From an uncultured virus (IMG/VR IMGVR_UViG_3300031132_000335) (Duplodnaviria > Heunggongvirae > Uroviricota > Caudoviricetes): 64,000 nt of DNA. Position 1 is the stretch's first letter; each line of letters starts with the position of its first letter. Under the pieces are notes generated by a model. That model saw only the letters and a program-made list of their open reading frames with translations. It had not been told where the DNA came from and did no database searches. A program made the translations under genes and the position numbers. The stretch lies in the IMG/VR virus record IMGVR_UViG_3300031132_000335; one strand, written 5' to 3'. Positions 50,212 to 59,352 of this stretch are shown one piece after another.

Positions 50212-51015
50212 TCAGTTACGGTGCGGGTCTCCGAAGAAGTCTTTCACGCGGAGCTTCGTACGTTTCCCGTCAGCTCCCCACCAGACAACACCTTCAATGC
50301 CGCGTTCTTTGTAACCGGCGAAGATGCTTTTCAGCTGCTCAAATGCTTGTTCCCTAGGAACTGTACGCATGTCAGGAATCTCCACAGCCGCATCATCACC
50401 ATGGGAGAGAAGCTTATGGGAGGTAAGGCTTTCAGGGTTTCCGTTGATTTTGGGCCCGCAGAGTTCGTACGTTCCAGGAGTCAATGTTTGACCAGCAGAT
50501 GCTTCCTTGAACATTTTAGCGAAGCCTGACTGTTCCACTGGCTCCAAGCCGAAGGTGTTCCCTGTGTAGGAGTCAGTTTCAGCTGGGATGAACCCTGCTG
50601 GGGCGTTCTTTCCTCGGCGGACCATACGGCGAGCATAGATGGTTCCGTCATCAGCGACTGTCACGCTTGTCCCGTCACGTTTGATGGTGGCTCGTGCTGG
50701 TTCGTCAAAAATCCAGGCAGCTGCTTCATTGATGTCAGTAGTGGCAATGTGAGCTTCCCGGTCAATGACGAACAACGCGGGCATTTTCTTTACGTTCCGG
50801 TATTGCTCATCATGGACAAACGCATCTGCATGCTTTTCAACAGACTGCTTCATGTTGTGATCCGCTGATGTTGCAGCGATTTCGGCTTTGAGTTTCTGTG
50901 CTGTCTTCGCTTCTTGGAAGCTTGAGTAATGCTCACGTGGGCATGCTCGTTCGTTTGCGCCACATGGGACAGGTTTTCCTGATGAGCTGATGTGGTGCTT
51001 CTGTGCGGTAGGCAT
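50212..51015 (-). CDS. HCCH module + RNA ligase (DUF5565/RLIG1-like)
   Basis: HHISSSGKPVPCGANERACPREH; KRDGT, TYELCGPKINGNP, EGVVW, terminal KL. Confidence 0.75.
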   Translation of the reverse strand: MPTAQKHHISSSGKPVPCGANERACPREHYSSFQEAKTAQKLKAEIAATSADHNMKQSVEKHADAFVHDEQYRNVKKMPALFVIDREAHIATTDINEAAAWIFDEPARATIKRDGTSVTVADDGTIYARRMVRRGKNAPAGFIPAETDSYTGNTFGLEPVEQSGFAKMFKEASAGQTLTPGTYELCGPKINGNPESLTSHKLLSHGDDAAVEIPDMRTVPREQAFEQLKSIFAGYKERGIEGVVWWGADGKRTKLRVKDFFGDPHRN

Positions 51016-51073
51016 AGGTTGATCCGTTCAAAAAATGAGGTTGTTCTTTCATCCTCATCTCTAACGAATCAGC

Positions 51074-51343
51074 TCAGGTGATATTTCGACGGCGGAAGAG
51101 CTTCCCGAGGAGCGTTTTGGGTTGACGCTCGCGGAGGAGATACTCCTCATATTGCTGGCGCTTCTGACTGAGATATTCCTGGTATTGAGGATGATGTGGA
51201 GCATTCTGAACGAACCACTGCACTACCTCTTCCAGTTCTACTGAGTGCGTTGATTCCTTCTTCATGTAGACACGCAGAAGAGCTGCCGTAGCATTCACCC
51301 GCAATCTGAATGCAGGACTATCTCCTGCTCTATCCTCAGTCAA
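51074..51343 (-). CDS. hypothetical protein
   Basis: TTG start, coupled to the upstream gene. Confidence 0.55.
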   Translation of the reverse strand: MTEDRAGDSPAFRLRVNATAALLRVYMKKESTHSVELEEVVQWFVQNAPHHPQYQEYLSQKRQQYEEYLLRERQPKTLLGKLFRRRNIT

Positions 51344-51347
51344 AAGC

Positions 51348-51608
51348 CTACTTCTCCTTGTATGGGGTTGGCTTCAACTTGAAGAACGCGCGGACGCGCT
51401 GCTGACGGCCATAGCGCTCCATCTCTTTGTACATCTCATGGGCTGTCTCAGGACTGTGCAGGAAGCATTCAGGGTGAGGATAAGCAATCTGGTAGCCAGC
51501 CTCAGGGACACCAATGTCATAGGAGGTCAAGCAGATACCGTTGCAGACTTCTTCGGTGATGCTTGCTTTACGCTGCTTGTTCTCTGTCAGGCGATCCAGA
51601 ATCTTCAT
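51348..51608 (-). CDS. hypothetical protein
   Basis: SD GGAGAG; C..C...HPECFLH. Confidence 0.65.
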   Translation of the reverse strand: MKILDRLTENKQRKASITEEVCNGICLTSYDIGVPEAGYQIAYPHPECFLHSPETAHEMYKEMERYGRQQRVRAFFKLKPTPYKEK

Positions 51609-51682
51609 GAGGCTCTCCGTTAATGTTTGTAGGTCAGAACTATTATATCAGTTCTGACCTACAAACACAAGGTTCTTACAGG

Positions 51683-52090
51683 TTATGCAAGCTTGCTCAG
51701 GCGGGCCTCAGCATCGGCAAGCTCCGCACGACGACGGGAGACCTCAGCCTCAGCCTCACGACGAGCAGCCTGCTGCTTGTCCTCGTCACGAACGGTCAGC
51801 ACTTCCTGGGCGGACTTCACAAGAGCGGCGACCTCGGGGTAAGCGCTCACAGACACATCCGAAAGTCGGAGGGTGACGCTGACAACCAGTTCGTCGCTCC
51901 AACCACGGTAGCTCTTGTTGCGCTCGTTCACCGCGTCACGGCTCTTCTCACCGTTGCGGTCGTACTCAGTGTAAATGGAGACCTCAGTAGGCTCCATACC
52001 AGCGATGCGCGTAACGAAAGCCGTAGCCTGGTCAACAACGAGAGCCTCGGTGAAGGTTTCGTTCTCTCGGGGAGCGAGGATGAAGTCCAT
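51683..52090 (-). CDS. hypothetical protein
   Basis: SD AAAGGA. Confidence 0.7.
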   Translation of the reverse strand: MDFILAPRENETFTEALVVDQATAFVTRIAGMEPTEVSIYTEYDRNGEKSRDAVNERNKSYRGWSDELVVSVTLRLSDVSVSAYPEVAALVKSAQEVLTVRDEDKQQAARREAEAEVSRRRAELADAEARLSKLA

Positions 52091-52202
52091 GATGTTTGTC
52101 CTTTACGTTGTGCGCTCCAACGTTTGGAGCAGCTAATGATTTGACTGTACCAGAGCCAGTCGGATCACGCAACCTGTTTTCGTAGATTGCGTTGGGTGAA
52201 GC

Positions 52203-52556
52203 TCAGTAGATGTGAGCGGCGAGGAAGTCACGCTTTGCAGCGGCCACCTGCTGCTCAAAGGTGATGCCTGTGAAGCGGTGGGTGCAGGTCGGGCAGAGGA
52301 AGGACTGGCTGGTCTGGCGAGGCAGCGACTCACGGACCTTCTGCTGGTCAACACGATACATGTCCATCTCAACCTCCTTACCACAGAGGGTCGGAGTCGG
52401 GACGGTACCCGTGTACGTCAGGCCCTGCTCATCCAGGACACGAATGTGCATCGGACCGTAGAGGCCCATGCCAACAACCTCACAGATTGCGTGCTGACCA
52501 GAAAAGTTCTCCGCCTGGGGCTTCTGGCTGAACAGACTCTTGATGAAGCGGAACAT
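52203..52556 (-). CDS. putative Zn-binding protein
   Basis: H...LCG...CPTC; SD GGGAG. Confidence 0.65.
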   Translation of the reverse strand: MFRFIKSLFSQKPQAENFSGQHAICEVVGMGLYGPMHIRVLDEQGLTYTGTVPTPTLCGKEVEMDMYRVDQQKVRESLPRQTSQSFLCPTCTHRFTGITFEQQVAAAKRDFLAAHIY

Positions 52557-52680
52557 GAGGTCTTCTCCCTTGGTTGGTTCGCAAGGTCTCTCTTCCTTGC
52601 TGGTTCCAACACTACACACTGAGGTGCCCGACCGCAACCAGGATGAGGAAAATCAGCGAACTGACAGGTTCGCTGCATGG

Positions 52681-52935
52681 TCAGTTCTTCGGGTAGTCAG
52701 GAACCTCAACATGGTCACGGATAGTGGACGGGTCGTAGGGAATAGAATCGCCATGCCAGCACACGCAGTCAGGGCCACCCTTGACATGGCCAATAACCAT
52801 GAATCGCTCATACTCACCGCTGATGACCTGAGCGAAAAACGTGTCCCCTATGTACATGTCGCTCACCTGCGGGCTGTCATAGACGTACCCGTCAGGTAAC
52901 TCATGCCCGTCAATCAGACTCTTCACCATGGACAT
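52681..52935 (-). CDS. hypothetical protein
   Basis: Typical codon usage. Confidence 0.6.
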   Translation of the reverse strand: MSMVKSLIDGHELPDGYVYDSPQVSDMYIGDTFFAQVISGEYERFMVIGHVKGGPDCVCWHGDSIPYDPSTIRDHVEVPDYPKN

Positions 52936-53077
52936 CTTCTTTCTTTTTGAAAGTCTCTTTGTTAGCAGGATACCCTGTATCTCCATTTTTCGCAACAGGC
53001 TAAGGAGAAGGACGATAGTAATTAGCGGATTCTTTCAGCGCGCAAGAACTAATGTAACCGTAGGAGAAGCAAGAACG

Positions 53078-53590
53078 ATGGATCAATTCAAAGTTGCAGA
53101 GTATTCTGATGTTCATTTAGGTGGGCTTCTTTCTGTGCTGTCAGAAGTTCGTAACACCTACCCAGTGTATCCACCACCAGCGAGTGCTGGTGATACAGCT
53201 GAGAGCTTTGTCTTATGGTTACAACGAGATGAAGGAATCGCTCGAAAGGTAGCAATTTCTCAGGAAAAAGTGATTGGGCATGGCATGCTCAGCATTCCTC
53301 ATGATTATATTGTAGATTGTTTGAGGCAAAACAACAGTCCTTTTGAAGCAAAATCTTTAGCAGAAATCGGCAAGCTCTTCGTGTCACCGTCCGTTTCTCA
53401 TGGTGGAACTGGCACAGCCCTAATACGTGAGCTTGTACGCTCTGCCAAAGAAACTGGTCACATTCCAGTGTCTTGTATTTTGGAAGACTCCCCTGAGTCC
53501 ATCGCGCTACATAGAAAGCTCGGATTTGAATGTATTGCATCCTTTGATGGAATATCAGGAATCAATTACATTTTCGCATTCATTGGATGA
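53078..53590 (+). CDS. GNAT-family N-acetyltransferase
   Basis: EIGKLFVSP..HGGTGTAL, SIALHRKLGF. Confidence 0.8.
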   Translation: MDQFKVAEYSDVHLGGLLSVLSEVRNTYPVYPPPASAGDTAESFVLWLQRDEGIARKVAISQEKVIGHGMLSIPHDYIVDCLRQNNSPFEAKSLAEIGKLFVSPSVSHGGTGTALIRELVRSAKETGHIPVSCILEDSPESIALHRKLGFECIASFDGISGINYIFAFIG

Positions 53591-53607
53591 TCGAAATCAA
53601 TTGATAA

Positions 53608-53653
53608 GACAGAGGAGGGGAGCTACCAAGACTGGTAGCTCCCCTCCTCTGTC
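53608..53653. terminator. GGGGAGCTACC-family bidirectional terminator
   Basis: Inverted repeat between convergent genes. Confidence 0.8.
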
Positions 53654-53661
53654 AATGTTGC

Positions 53662-54618
53662 TTACTGCTGTTGCAGGTAACTGAGTACTGCGTTGGATTC
53701 GTCAGCTGTCAATGTACGGTCCCAAGCGAGAGCTTGCTTGATGGTACCGTACGGAGCGAGATTCTCTACTGTGGAGTTGTTTCCACCAATGTTCAAACCT
53801 GTGATGTTCCCAGTTGTCTGAGGGATGGATGCATTGACGTTCTTGGAGTACAAGTTACCGCCAGCAGGGGTGATTGCTGATACCACTGCGTTTGTCTTAC
53901 CAGTGGTATCCAAAGCATTAGCCCATGAAGGAACAGCTGTCCAAGCTGGTCCTGTACCTGATAGAGACGTAAGCGTTGAACCATTCTGCTGGAACTTGTA
54001 GGACTGCTCAGCACCAATCAGCGTCTGATTTCCCTGAGGAGCGTTGGAAGTCCAGGCAACAGCTAAGGTGTAGCCAGTTGCAGGCTTCAAGTCAACTGTT
54101 TTCTTCATGTAGCCGTCAACGTTACTCTCGTTAACGACAGCTTCTTTCAAGAGCTTCTGGACAGTAGCATTTGGAAGAGCCTTCACAGTTGCTTCGGTCG
54201 GCCATGAGCATCCTGCTGGAAAACCTGCGGGAGCTGTTGCAGGCCATGCTCCTGCGTTGATTTTGGTAGGTGCTGTGCGCTTGTTCGTGCTGTAGAAGTA
54301 GTTTCCAGTAGCAGACTTTTGGACAGCTAAGTAGCAACTGTTCTCATCAGAGCTGATGAAAGTTTTTGCGTCCGCAGCGTTGTACAGGTCGGTCAAGACC
54401 GAGGAGTAATGTCCGTTCAATCCTACATTTGCAGATTCTGCCGAAGCCACACTATCCAGCTGCTGTTTCGCAGCATTATCTTGTGCCCAAGGGATGACAG
54501 CAAAAACGGTCGCAGCAATCACTGCGCCGATGAGGCCGATGACGATGATACCCACCATGATGGATGCAAGGTCAATTGCGGCTCGGGATGACTTGAAGAC
54601 TTGAGTAAACTTGTGCAT
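53662..54618 (-). CDS. type IV pilin-like protein with LamG/ConA-like C-terminus
   Basis: RAA|IDLASIMVGIIVIGLIGAVIAATVFAVIPW; GTIKQALAWDRTLTADE. Confidence 0.65.
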   Translation of the reverse strand: MHKFTQVFKSSRAAIDLASIMVGIIVIGLIGAVIAATVFAVIPWAQDNAAKQQLDSVASAESANVGLNGHYSSVLTDLYNAADAKTFISSDENSCYLAVQKSATGNYFYSTNKRTAPTKINAGAWPATAPAGFPAGCSWPTEATVKALPNATVQKLLKEAVVNESNVDGYMKKTVDLKPATGYTLAVAWTSNAPQGNQTLIGAEQSYKFQQNGSTLTSLSGTGPAWTAVPSWANALDTTGKTNAVVSAITPAGGNLYSKNVNASIPQTTGNITGLNIGGNNSTVENLAPYGTIKQALAWDRTLTADESNAVLSYLQQQ

Positions 54619-54761
54619 ATTCGCGTTTCGGGTTAGAGGAAGGTCTATAGGTGGTTATCGGTGCTCAAAAGTTTTTCCTCACCCCTACATGTGGGGACAA
54701 GCCCAGGTAACTCCCAGGTTTCTCGTGTTGCTTCTGACCTGATCCTGTGCTACGCTAAGGA

Positions 54762-55016
54762 TTAGCAAGAAGGTGAACTACTAAATGCTACTCGCTTCTT
54801 GTCACGAGTTATAGAGCGCAAAACCTTACAGTTCCATAAGCGAGACATACGAACCAAGCGGCTTAGTAGCAGGCCACCCCACCTCCTGTCGGATGCATAC
54901 GACAGGGATATGCGAAACACCAAGAGTGGAAGGTAAGCCTGGTTCAAAAAGTCTCCACTGCGGAAGTAGCCACTCAGGCAAGCATATCCCCACCTCAATG
55001 GTGGGGTTCCTTGTTT
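54762..55016 (+). ncRNA. candidate ~250-nt structured RNA
   Basis: Own promoter TTGCTT-N17-TACGCT, no substantial ORF, nested helices, terminal hairpin. Confidence 0.5.
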
Positions 55017-55054
55017 AATCGGGTCTTTTTCTTCTCATAAGGTACAATGAGAGT

Positions 55055-55303
55055 ATGAATGAAGCTCCTGTCACCGATCAGCAGTTACTCCTTACGGGCA
55101 AGCGCGTGTATAAGGAGAGCGTAGACGATGGTGGAATGTTCAACAGTACTCTCCTGGTCATTGTAGACGAGACTCCCAATGTTGAGAAGCCGTTCCTAGG
55201 AGTGGTGCAGGACGGCTGGGGTGGCGGTGTTGGACGACGCTTCGCTACGGAGAGTGAAGCAATTCGCTACGTGAACGACAAGTTTGAAGAGCTGCACGGG
55301 TAA
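55055..55303 (+). CDS. hypothetical protein
   Basis: Leaderless TACAAT-N6-ATG. Confidence 0.65.
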   Translation: MNEAPVTDQQLLLTGKRVYKESVDDGGMFNSTLLVIVDETPNVEKPFLGVVQDGWGGGVGRRFATESEAIRYVNDKFEELHG

Positions 55304-55321
55304 CAGGCTAAGGAGAAGGAC

Positions 55322-55774
55322 ATGTCAAAACTTATCAGTCAAAAAGAGCAGAACCTCAGGGTTGAGGAAGGGCTTGAACGGATCATTGAGGTACTCAAAG
55401 AAGAGAACGCACCAGTTCCCATTGACTACCTTCTCGAAACAGCAGCAAAGCGGGTCAAACGAGCTGTCATGATTCCCTCAGACCTCCGAGTGTCTCTGGC
55501 AGAAGGGGAGATGGACGGAAAGCTCCACCTTGACCATCAGGAGCGCGTGGCGTTCTTAGAGAAGGTAGACCGTCGCACAGAACACCGGTACTCCATTTTT
55601 GACGATGTGTTGAAAGCGCATGATGGACAGCTCCCGATGGATGAATTCTTTACCGTCTCATCCCATGAGTCAGGTGAACCAGCAGAACAGCTGGTCGGCG
55701 CGTTCCTTCGGGGAGTTGCCAAGAAAAAATACGTCATTGATTATGTCCATGCAACAGTACGAGCAGGAGAGTAA
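55322..55774 (+). CDS. hypothetical protein (possible tandem winged helix)
   Basis: Paralog of 55780-56229 (PV.I...LET.A.RV). Confidence 0.7.
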   Translation: MSKLISQKEQNLRVEEGLERIIEVLKEENAPVPIDYLLETAAKRVKRAVMIPSDLRVSLAEGEMDGKLHLDHQERVAFLEKVDRRTEHRYSIFDDVLKAHDGQLPMDEFFTVSSHESGEPAEQLVGAFLRGVAKKKYVIDYVHATVRAGE

Positions 55775-55779
55775 CACCT

Positions 55780-56229
55780 ATGTCCCAAGCCATTATGAAA
55801 CGATCCGAGCAGGTCAAGCTTTCCCAGCAAATTGACCAGGAGATTATCTCGCTGCTGACCGAAGCTGATGTTCCTGTAGATATCAATGAAGTGTTGGAAA
55901 CCGTAGCACAGCGCGTGCATCGCATCTCAAATGATGTCGTCTCTACCCTGTCGAGCGGGATCGCTCGGAAAACCTACCAGTGCGATTACACCAAAGGATG
56001 GGTGTTCATTGACGGAGCTGACGAGCGGAACGAACTCCGTCAAAAAGTTCTGGAGCAGGAGCTTACTCGCCAAGGTGGGACTGCTGACATGCGCGAACTG
56101 ATGAAGGCCACAGTCAGCAAAGTAGACGACAAGCAGAAGCTGGTCAGTTCTTTTCTCCTGGGTGTGAAGCAAGGCAAGTTCAGCGTTGATTACTTTGAAG
56201 CGCAAGTCAGTCTGCTGCGCTCAGCCTGA
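55780..56229 (+). CDS. hypothetical protein
   Basis: Paralog of 55322-55774. Confidence 0.7.
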   Translation: MSQAIMKRSEQVKLSQQIDQEIISLLTEADVPVDINEVLETVAQRVHRISNDVVSTLSSGIARKTYQCDYTKGWVFIDGADERNELRQKVLEQELTRQGGTADMRELMKATVSKVDDKQKLVSSFLLGVKQGKFSVDYFEAQVSLLRSA

Positions 56230-56364
56230 TTCTGTAGAGGCATCGGAGGAAAGACAGGCTGAACTTCTTCGCTCTGCCTGTTGCATGTTCGTCCCTGAAC
56301 TGTTACTCTTGAACTATCAAGCGGATCAGAGACACTGACCTGCGTCTTTTTCAAGGAGAACATC

Positions 56365-56889
56365 ATGGCTGTTTTGGTTATTGACGGAATGCGAGTTGCC
56401 TCAGGAGCTTCTTGGGGTAACCGTCGCACCCGTACCCGCCAGGAGTTCTTCACGCTGACGCGTTCCAACCGTCAGTTCGTCGTTCGCTCCACCCACCGCG
56501 CAGAGCAGCGCTTCCTGGCGGAGGCGGAGTTCGTGGCGTTCTTCCGTTCCACGTTCGGTGGATGGCGTGCAGAAATCCTCGCCGCTGAGGCTGAGCAGGT
56601 GCGCCGTGAGGCTGCTGAGCGTCAGTACGATGAGGCAGCGGCGTTCAACTCCTTCCTGGACCAGGTGGTTGCCGCAGGTATTGCTACGCAGGAAGAGGCT
56701 ATCCGCTTCACTCTCGGTGTAGCTCGTGATGCGGCTGAGGTTGCTGAGCAGCGCGGCTATGAGCGTGGTGAGATTGACGGTTATGGCCGCGGTTACGAGC
56801 AGGGTTCTGCACGTGACGAGTATGCAGTCCACGGCGTTCACGACGATGAGGACTTTGACTACCACCAGTGGGAGACTGAAAACTGGTGA
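56365..56889 (+). CDS. hypothetical protein
   Basis: Paralog of 57048-57563 (NRRTRT..EFFTL.R.NRQFVV, FFRSTFGGWR). Confidence 0.75.
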   Translation: MAVLVIDGMRVASGASWGNRRTRTRQEFFTLTRSNRQFVVRSTHRAEQRFLAEAEFVAFFRSTFGGWRAEILAAEAEQVRREAAERQYDEAAAFNSFLDQVVAAGIATQEEAIRFTLGVARDAAEVAEQRGYERGEIDGYGRGYEQGSARDEYAVHGVHDDEDFDYHQWETENW

Positions 56890-57047
56890 GCCGTAGCACC
56901 TGATGAGGAGGGCCTTGACATGACGTTGAGACCCTCCTCATTTTTCTTTTCGTCAACTGGTTGACAAGATCGTATCCAGTCTGTACACTGGTGATATCAG
57001 GGCTGGGAAGAGAGACCCCGCCCGCTAACTTTTCAAGGAGAGAAATC

Positions 57048-57563
57048 ATGCCTGTTGTTGTTGACGGTCACCGTCTTATCACTGGTTCGTCCTGGTCAAA
57101 CCGTCGTACCCGTACGAACCGCGAGTTCTTCACGCTTCGCCGTCAGAACCGTCAGTTCGTTGTGTCGTCTACCCGTTACGGTCGTGGGCAGTCGTTTGCT
57201 GATGAGGCTTCTTTCTCTGACTTCTTCCGTTCCACGTTCGGTGGATGGCGTGATGAGGTTGAGGTTGCTGACGCGCAGGAACGTGAGCGTGCGGCTGCTG
57301 TTGCACGCCAGGAGGAGCTGGACCGTCAGCACGAGGAGGCTATCCAGCTGAACGACTTCCTGGACCGTGTGGTTGCTTCTGGTGCTGTCTCCTTGGAGGA
57401 GGCTGTCCGCTTCACCGCTGGCTTCGCTCGGGAGGCGGCTGAGGTTGCTCGTCAGGCAGGCTATGATGACGGGCGTAGCGACGGCTATGACTCGGGTTAC
57501 AACGCTGGTTGGGAGTCCGCTTCGGAGGACCACTACTGTGAGCATGATGACTACGACTACTGA
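57048..57563 (+). CDS. hypothetical protein
   Basis: Paralog of 56365-56889. Confidence 0.75.
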   Translation: MPVVVDGHRLITGSSWSNRRTRTNREFFTLRRQNRQFVVSSTRYGRGQSFADEASFSDFFRSTFGGWRDEVEVADAQERERAAAVARQEELDRQHEEAIQLNDFLDRVVASGAVSLEEAVRFTAGFAREAAEVARQAGYDDGRSDGYDSGYNAGWESASEDHYCEHDDYDY

Positions 57564-57656
57564 TTGAGGTCGGTAGAAATGAGGGTGCGACTTCTTGAAT
57601 GAGGTTGCACCCTCATTCACGTATTCAGCAGATATTTTACAGTGGAGGTATTGATC

Positions 57657-57815
57657 GTGAAGCATTCAGGTATGGTGACGTTTTACGCACGCACAGGTTA
57701 TAAGGGAGTCTGCTCGTGCGGGTGGAAGGGAAAGGACGTAAGCGTTCAGAAGGATGCAGCAAAGACGCTGAAAGTGCACTTGTACCCGAAAGCACAAGTC
57801 AAATACGCTGCGTAA
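57657..57815 (+). CDS. small Zn-finger-like protein (not in ORF track)
   Basis: SD GGAGG, GTG start; H...CSCGW...H. Confidence 0.55.
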   Translation: MKHSGMVTFYARTGYKGVCSCGWKGKDVSVQKDAAKTLKVHLYPKAQVKYAA

Positions 57816-57869
57816 AAACTAAGGAGGGGAGTTACAGTAACTGGTAGCTCCCCTCCTTTATCTCTGCGC

Positions 57870-58259
57870 TCACTCCTGGTTCAGGAACCTGAACTGGGAA
57901 CCACCCTCAGTGTAGTATTCCTTCTGCATCATACGAAGACCCGTGTTCATCACGTCATCCTGTGCGACTCCAACCTCCACAGCGATGAAGAGGCTGTCCT
58001 CATCCAGGAAGTACACATCAAACGTGGTCGCGTCAGTAGCGTTCCGAATGGCGAACAGGGCGTACTCAACAGGAACGAGGTCCTGCTGGTACTTCACCAC
58101 ATGCAGGTCCTCACGGAACTTGGAGACAACCGCATCCACGCTGCTGTGACCGAGGATGATGCGAGCAAGGTGGCGGGTGTCGCTACCAGGGGTCTGCTCA
58201 ACGTACTCCTGGTACAGCCCGTGTGCGGTGTACGGAACCTTGTCGTAATCAAGGAACAT
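57870..58259 (-). CDS. hypothetical protein
   Basis: SD AGGAG. Confidence 0.7.
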   Translation of the reverse strand: MFLDYDKVPYTAHGLYQEYVEQTPGSDTRHLARIILGHSSVDAVVSKFREDLHVVKYQQDLVPVEYALFAIRNATDATTFDVYFLDEDSLFIAVEVGVAQDDVMNTGLRMMQKEYYTEGGSQFRFLNQE

Positions 58260-58383
58260 GGGGTTCTCCTGTGGTTGGGTGATGGTTGAACTACGATCAG
58301 TCTACACAGTATCTGCGGAAACGCAAGCCTACAAATAGAAGGAAGCTCCACAAGACAGGTTTCTTGTGGAGCTTCCTTGTGTC

Positions 58384-58797
58384 TCAGGCTTCCTGGATAC
58401 GGATGAGGCGGTTAGAACGGTCCGTGGTGGTGTCCGTCACGCCTTCCTTAGAGACAGTGGTGATGCTGGTGAGGTCCCGAGTAGTGGTAACATCAGTCAC
58501 TTCCCAGCCCTCATGGTAGATGTGGTCGCCAACCTTCACCTGCTCAGCACGGATAAGGTTCGGCTCTTCCACGAAAGTAACGTCTTCCGCCTTGTAGCCT
58601 GCACGGGCGCGAATGGTGAACTTGTTGTGAGCGTCGCAGTCGTAGAGGGAGTAACCGTTGTCTACGGCCAGACCAAGGTACACCCGACCTTCATGGAGAA
58701 TGACCTTCGTGATGGTGTTACGAAGATGCAGGCCCAGCTTGTCTCCAACGCGGAGCTGGTCTGCGCGGACTTCCTGGACGGCGGTCATTGTGGTCAT
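58384..58797 (-). CDS. hypothetical protein with internal repeat
   Basis: VRADQLRVGD / IRAEQVKVGD. Confidence 0.7.
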   Translation of the reverse strand: MTTMTAVQEVRADQLRVGDKLGLHLRNTITKVILHEGRVYLGLAVDNGYSLYDCDAHNKFTIRARAGYKAEDVTFVEEPNLIRAEQVKVGDHIYHEGWEVTDVTTTRDLTSITTVSKEGVTDTTTDRSNRLIRIQEA

Positions 58798-58963
58798 GAT
58801 GTCTTCTCCTTGTTTAAAAGTTGACTGTCTACATCAGCATACACGGTATGAACAAGATGCGCAACTCTTTCTCATTTTTCTTTTTGTCTTCTTGACAAGA
58901 ACTGCGGCTTGGCATAGCTTAGGGGATAAGACATCAATCCGCTGATAAAACGAAAGGTTCATC

Positions 58964-59221
58964 ATGAGTAAGTTCCAGAAAATTCTGTACGGCATCATGG
59001 GTATTGTCGCTGTTGCAATGATTAGTTTCACCGTCTACGCGTATGCAGTGCAGGGGTATGACGCTGGTCATCGCATGGTGCACTTAACAGGAGCTGCCCT
59101 TATTCTAACCCTCGGTATTGACCTCATCGTGATGATGGTTGAGTTCAGACAGAAGGAAGCTCAGAATGCCACTCCTCTCCTGTTTGAATGGGATGAGGAT
59201 ACGAATACGGTTAGTCTGTAA
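58964..59221 (+). CDS. membrane protein (2 TM)
   Basis: Hydrophobic helices; SD GAAAGG. Confidence 0.65.
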   Translation: MSKFQKILYGIMGIVAVAMISFTVYAYAVQGYDAGHRMVHLTGAALILTLGIDLIVMMVEFRQKEAQNATPLLFEWDEDTNTVSL

Positions 59222-59352
59222 TGCCTATTCGTCAGGAAGTCAAAGGGACAAACCATATGACTTCCTGACGAATTTTAAATTATTTTCCAAACATACCCCC
59301 AAAAGAGGGTCATGCTACCGATACTTTCTTCAACACAATGAAGGAGGGCATC

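Noticed and set aside
793..57563. Extended ORF-track starts (793-1650, 1975-2835, 26255-27040, 9379, 52928, 56961)
   Set aside because: They run through promoters, terminators or neighbouring genes; paralog alignment and SD/-10 spacing support shorter starts.
187..58945. Long antisense ORFs (e.g. 781-1410, 20484-21416, 28187-29002, 29062-29997, 31831-32637)
   Set aside because: Shadows of biased-codon genes on the opposite strand; no SD, promoter or protein motifs.
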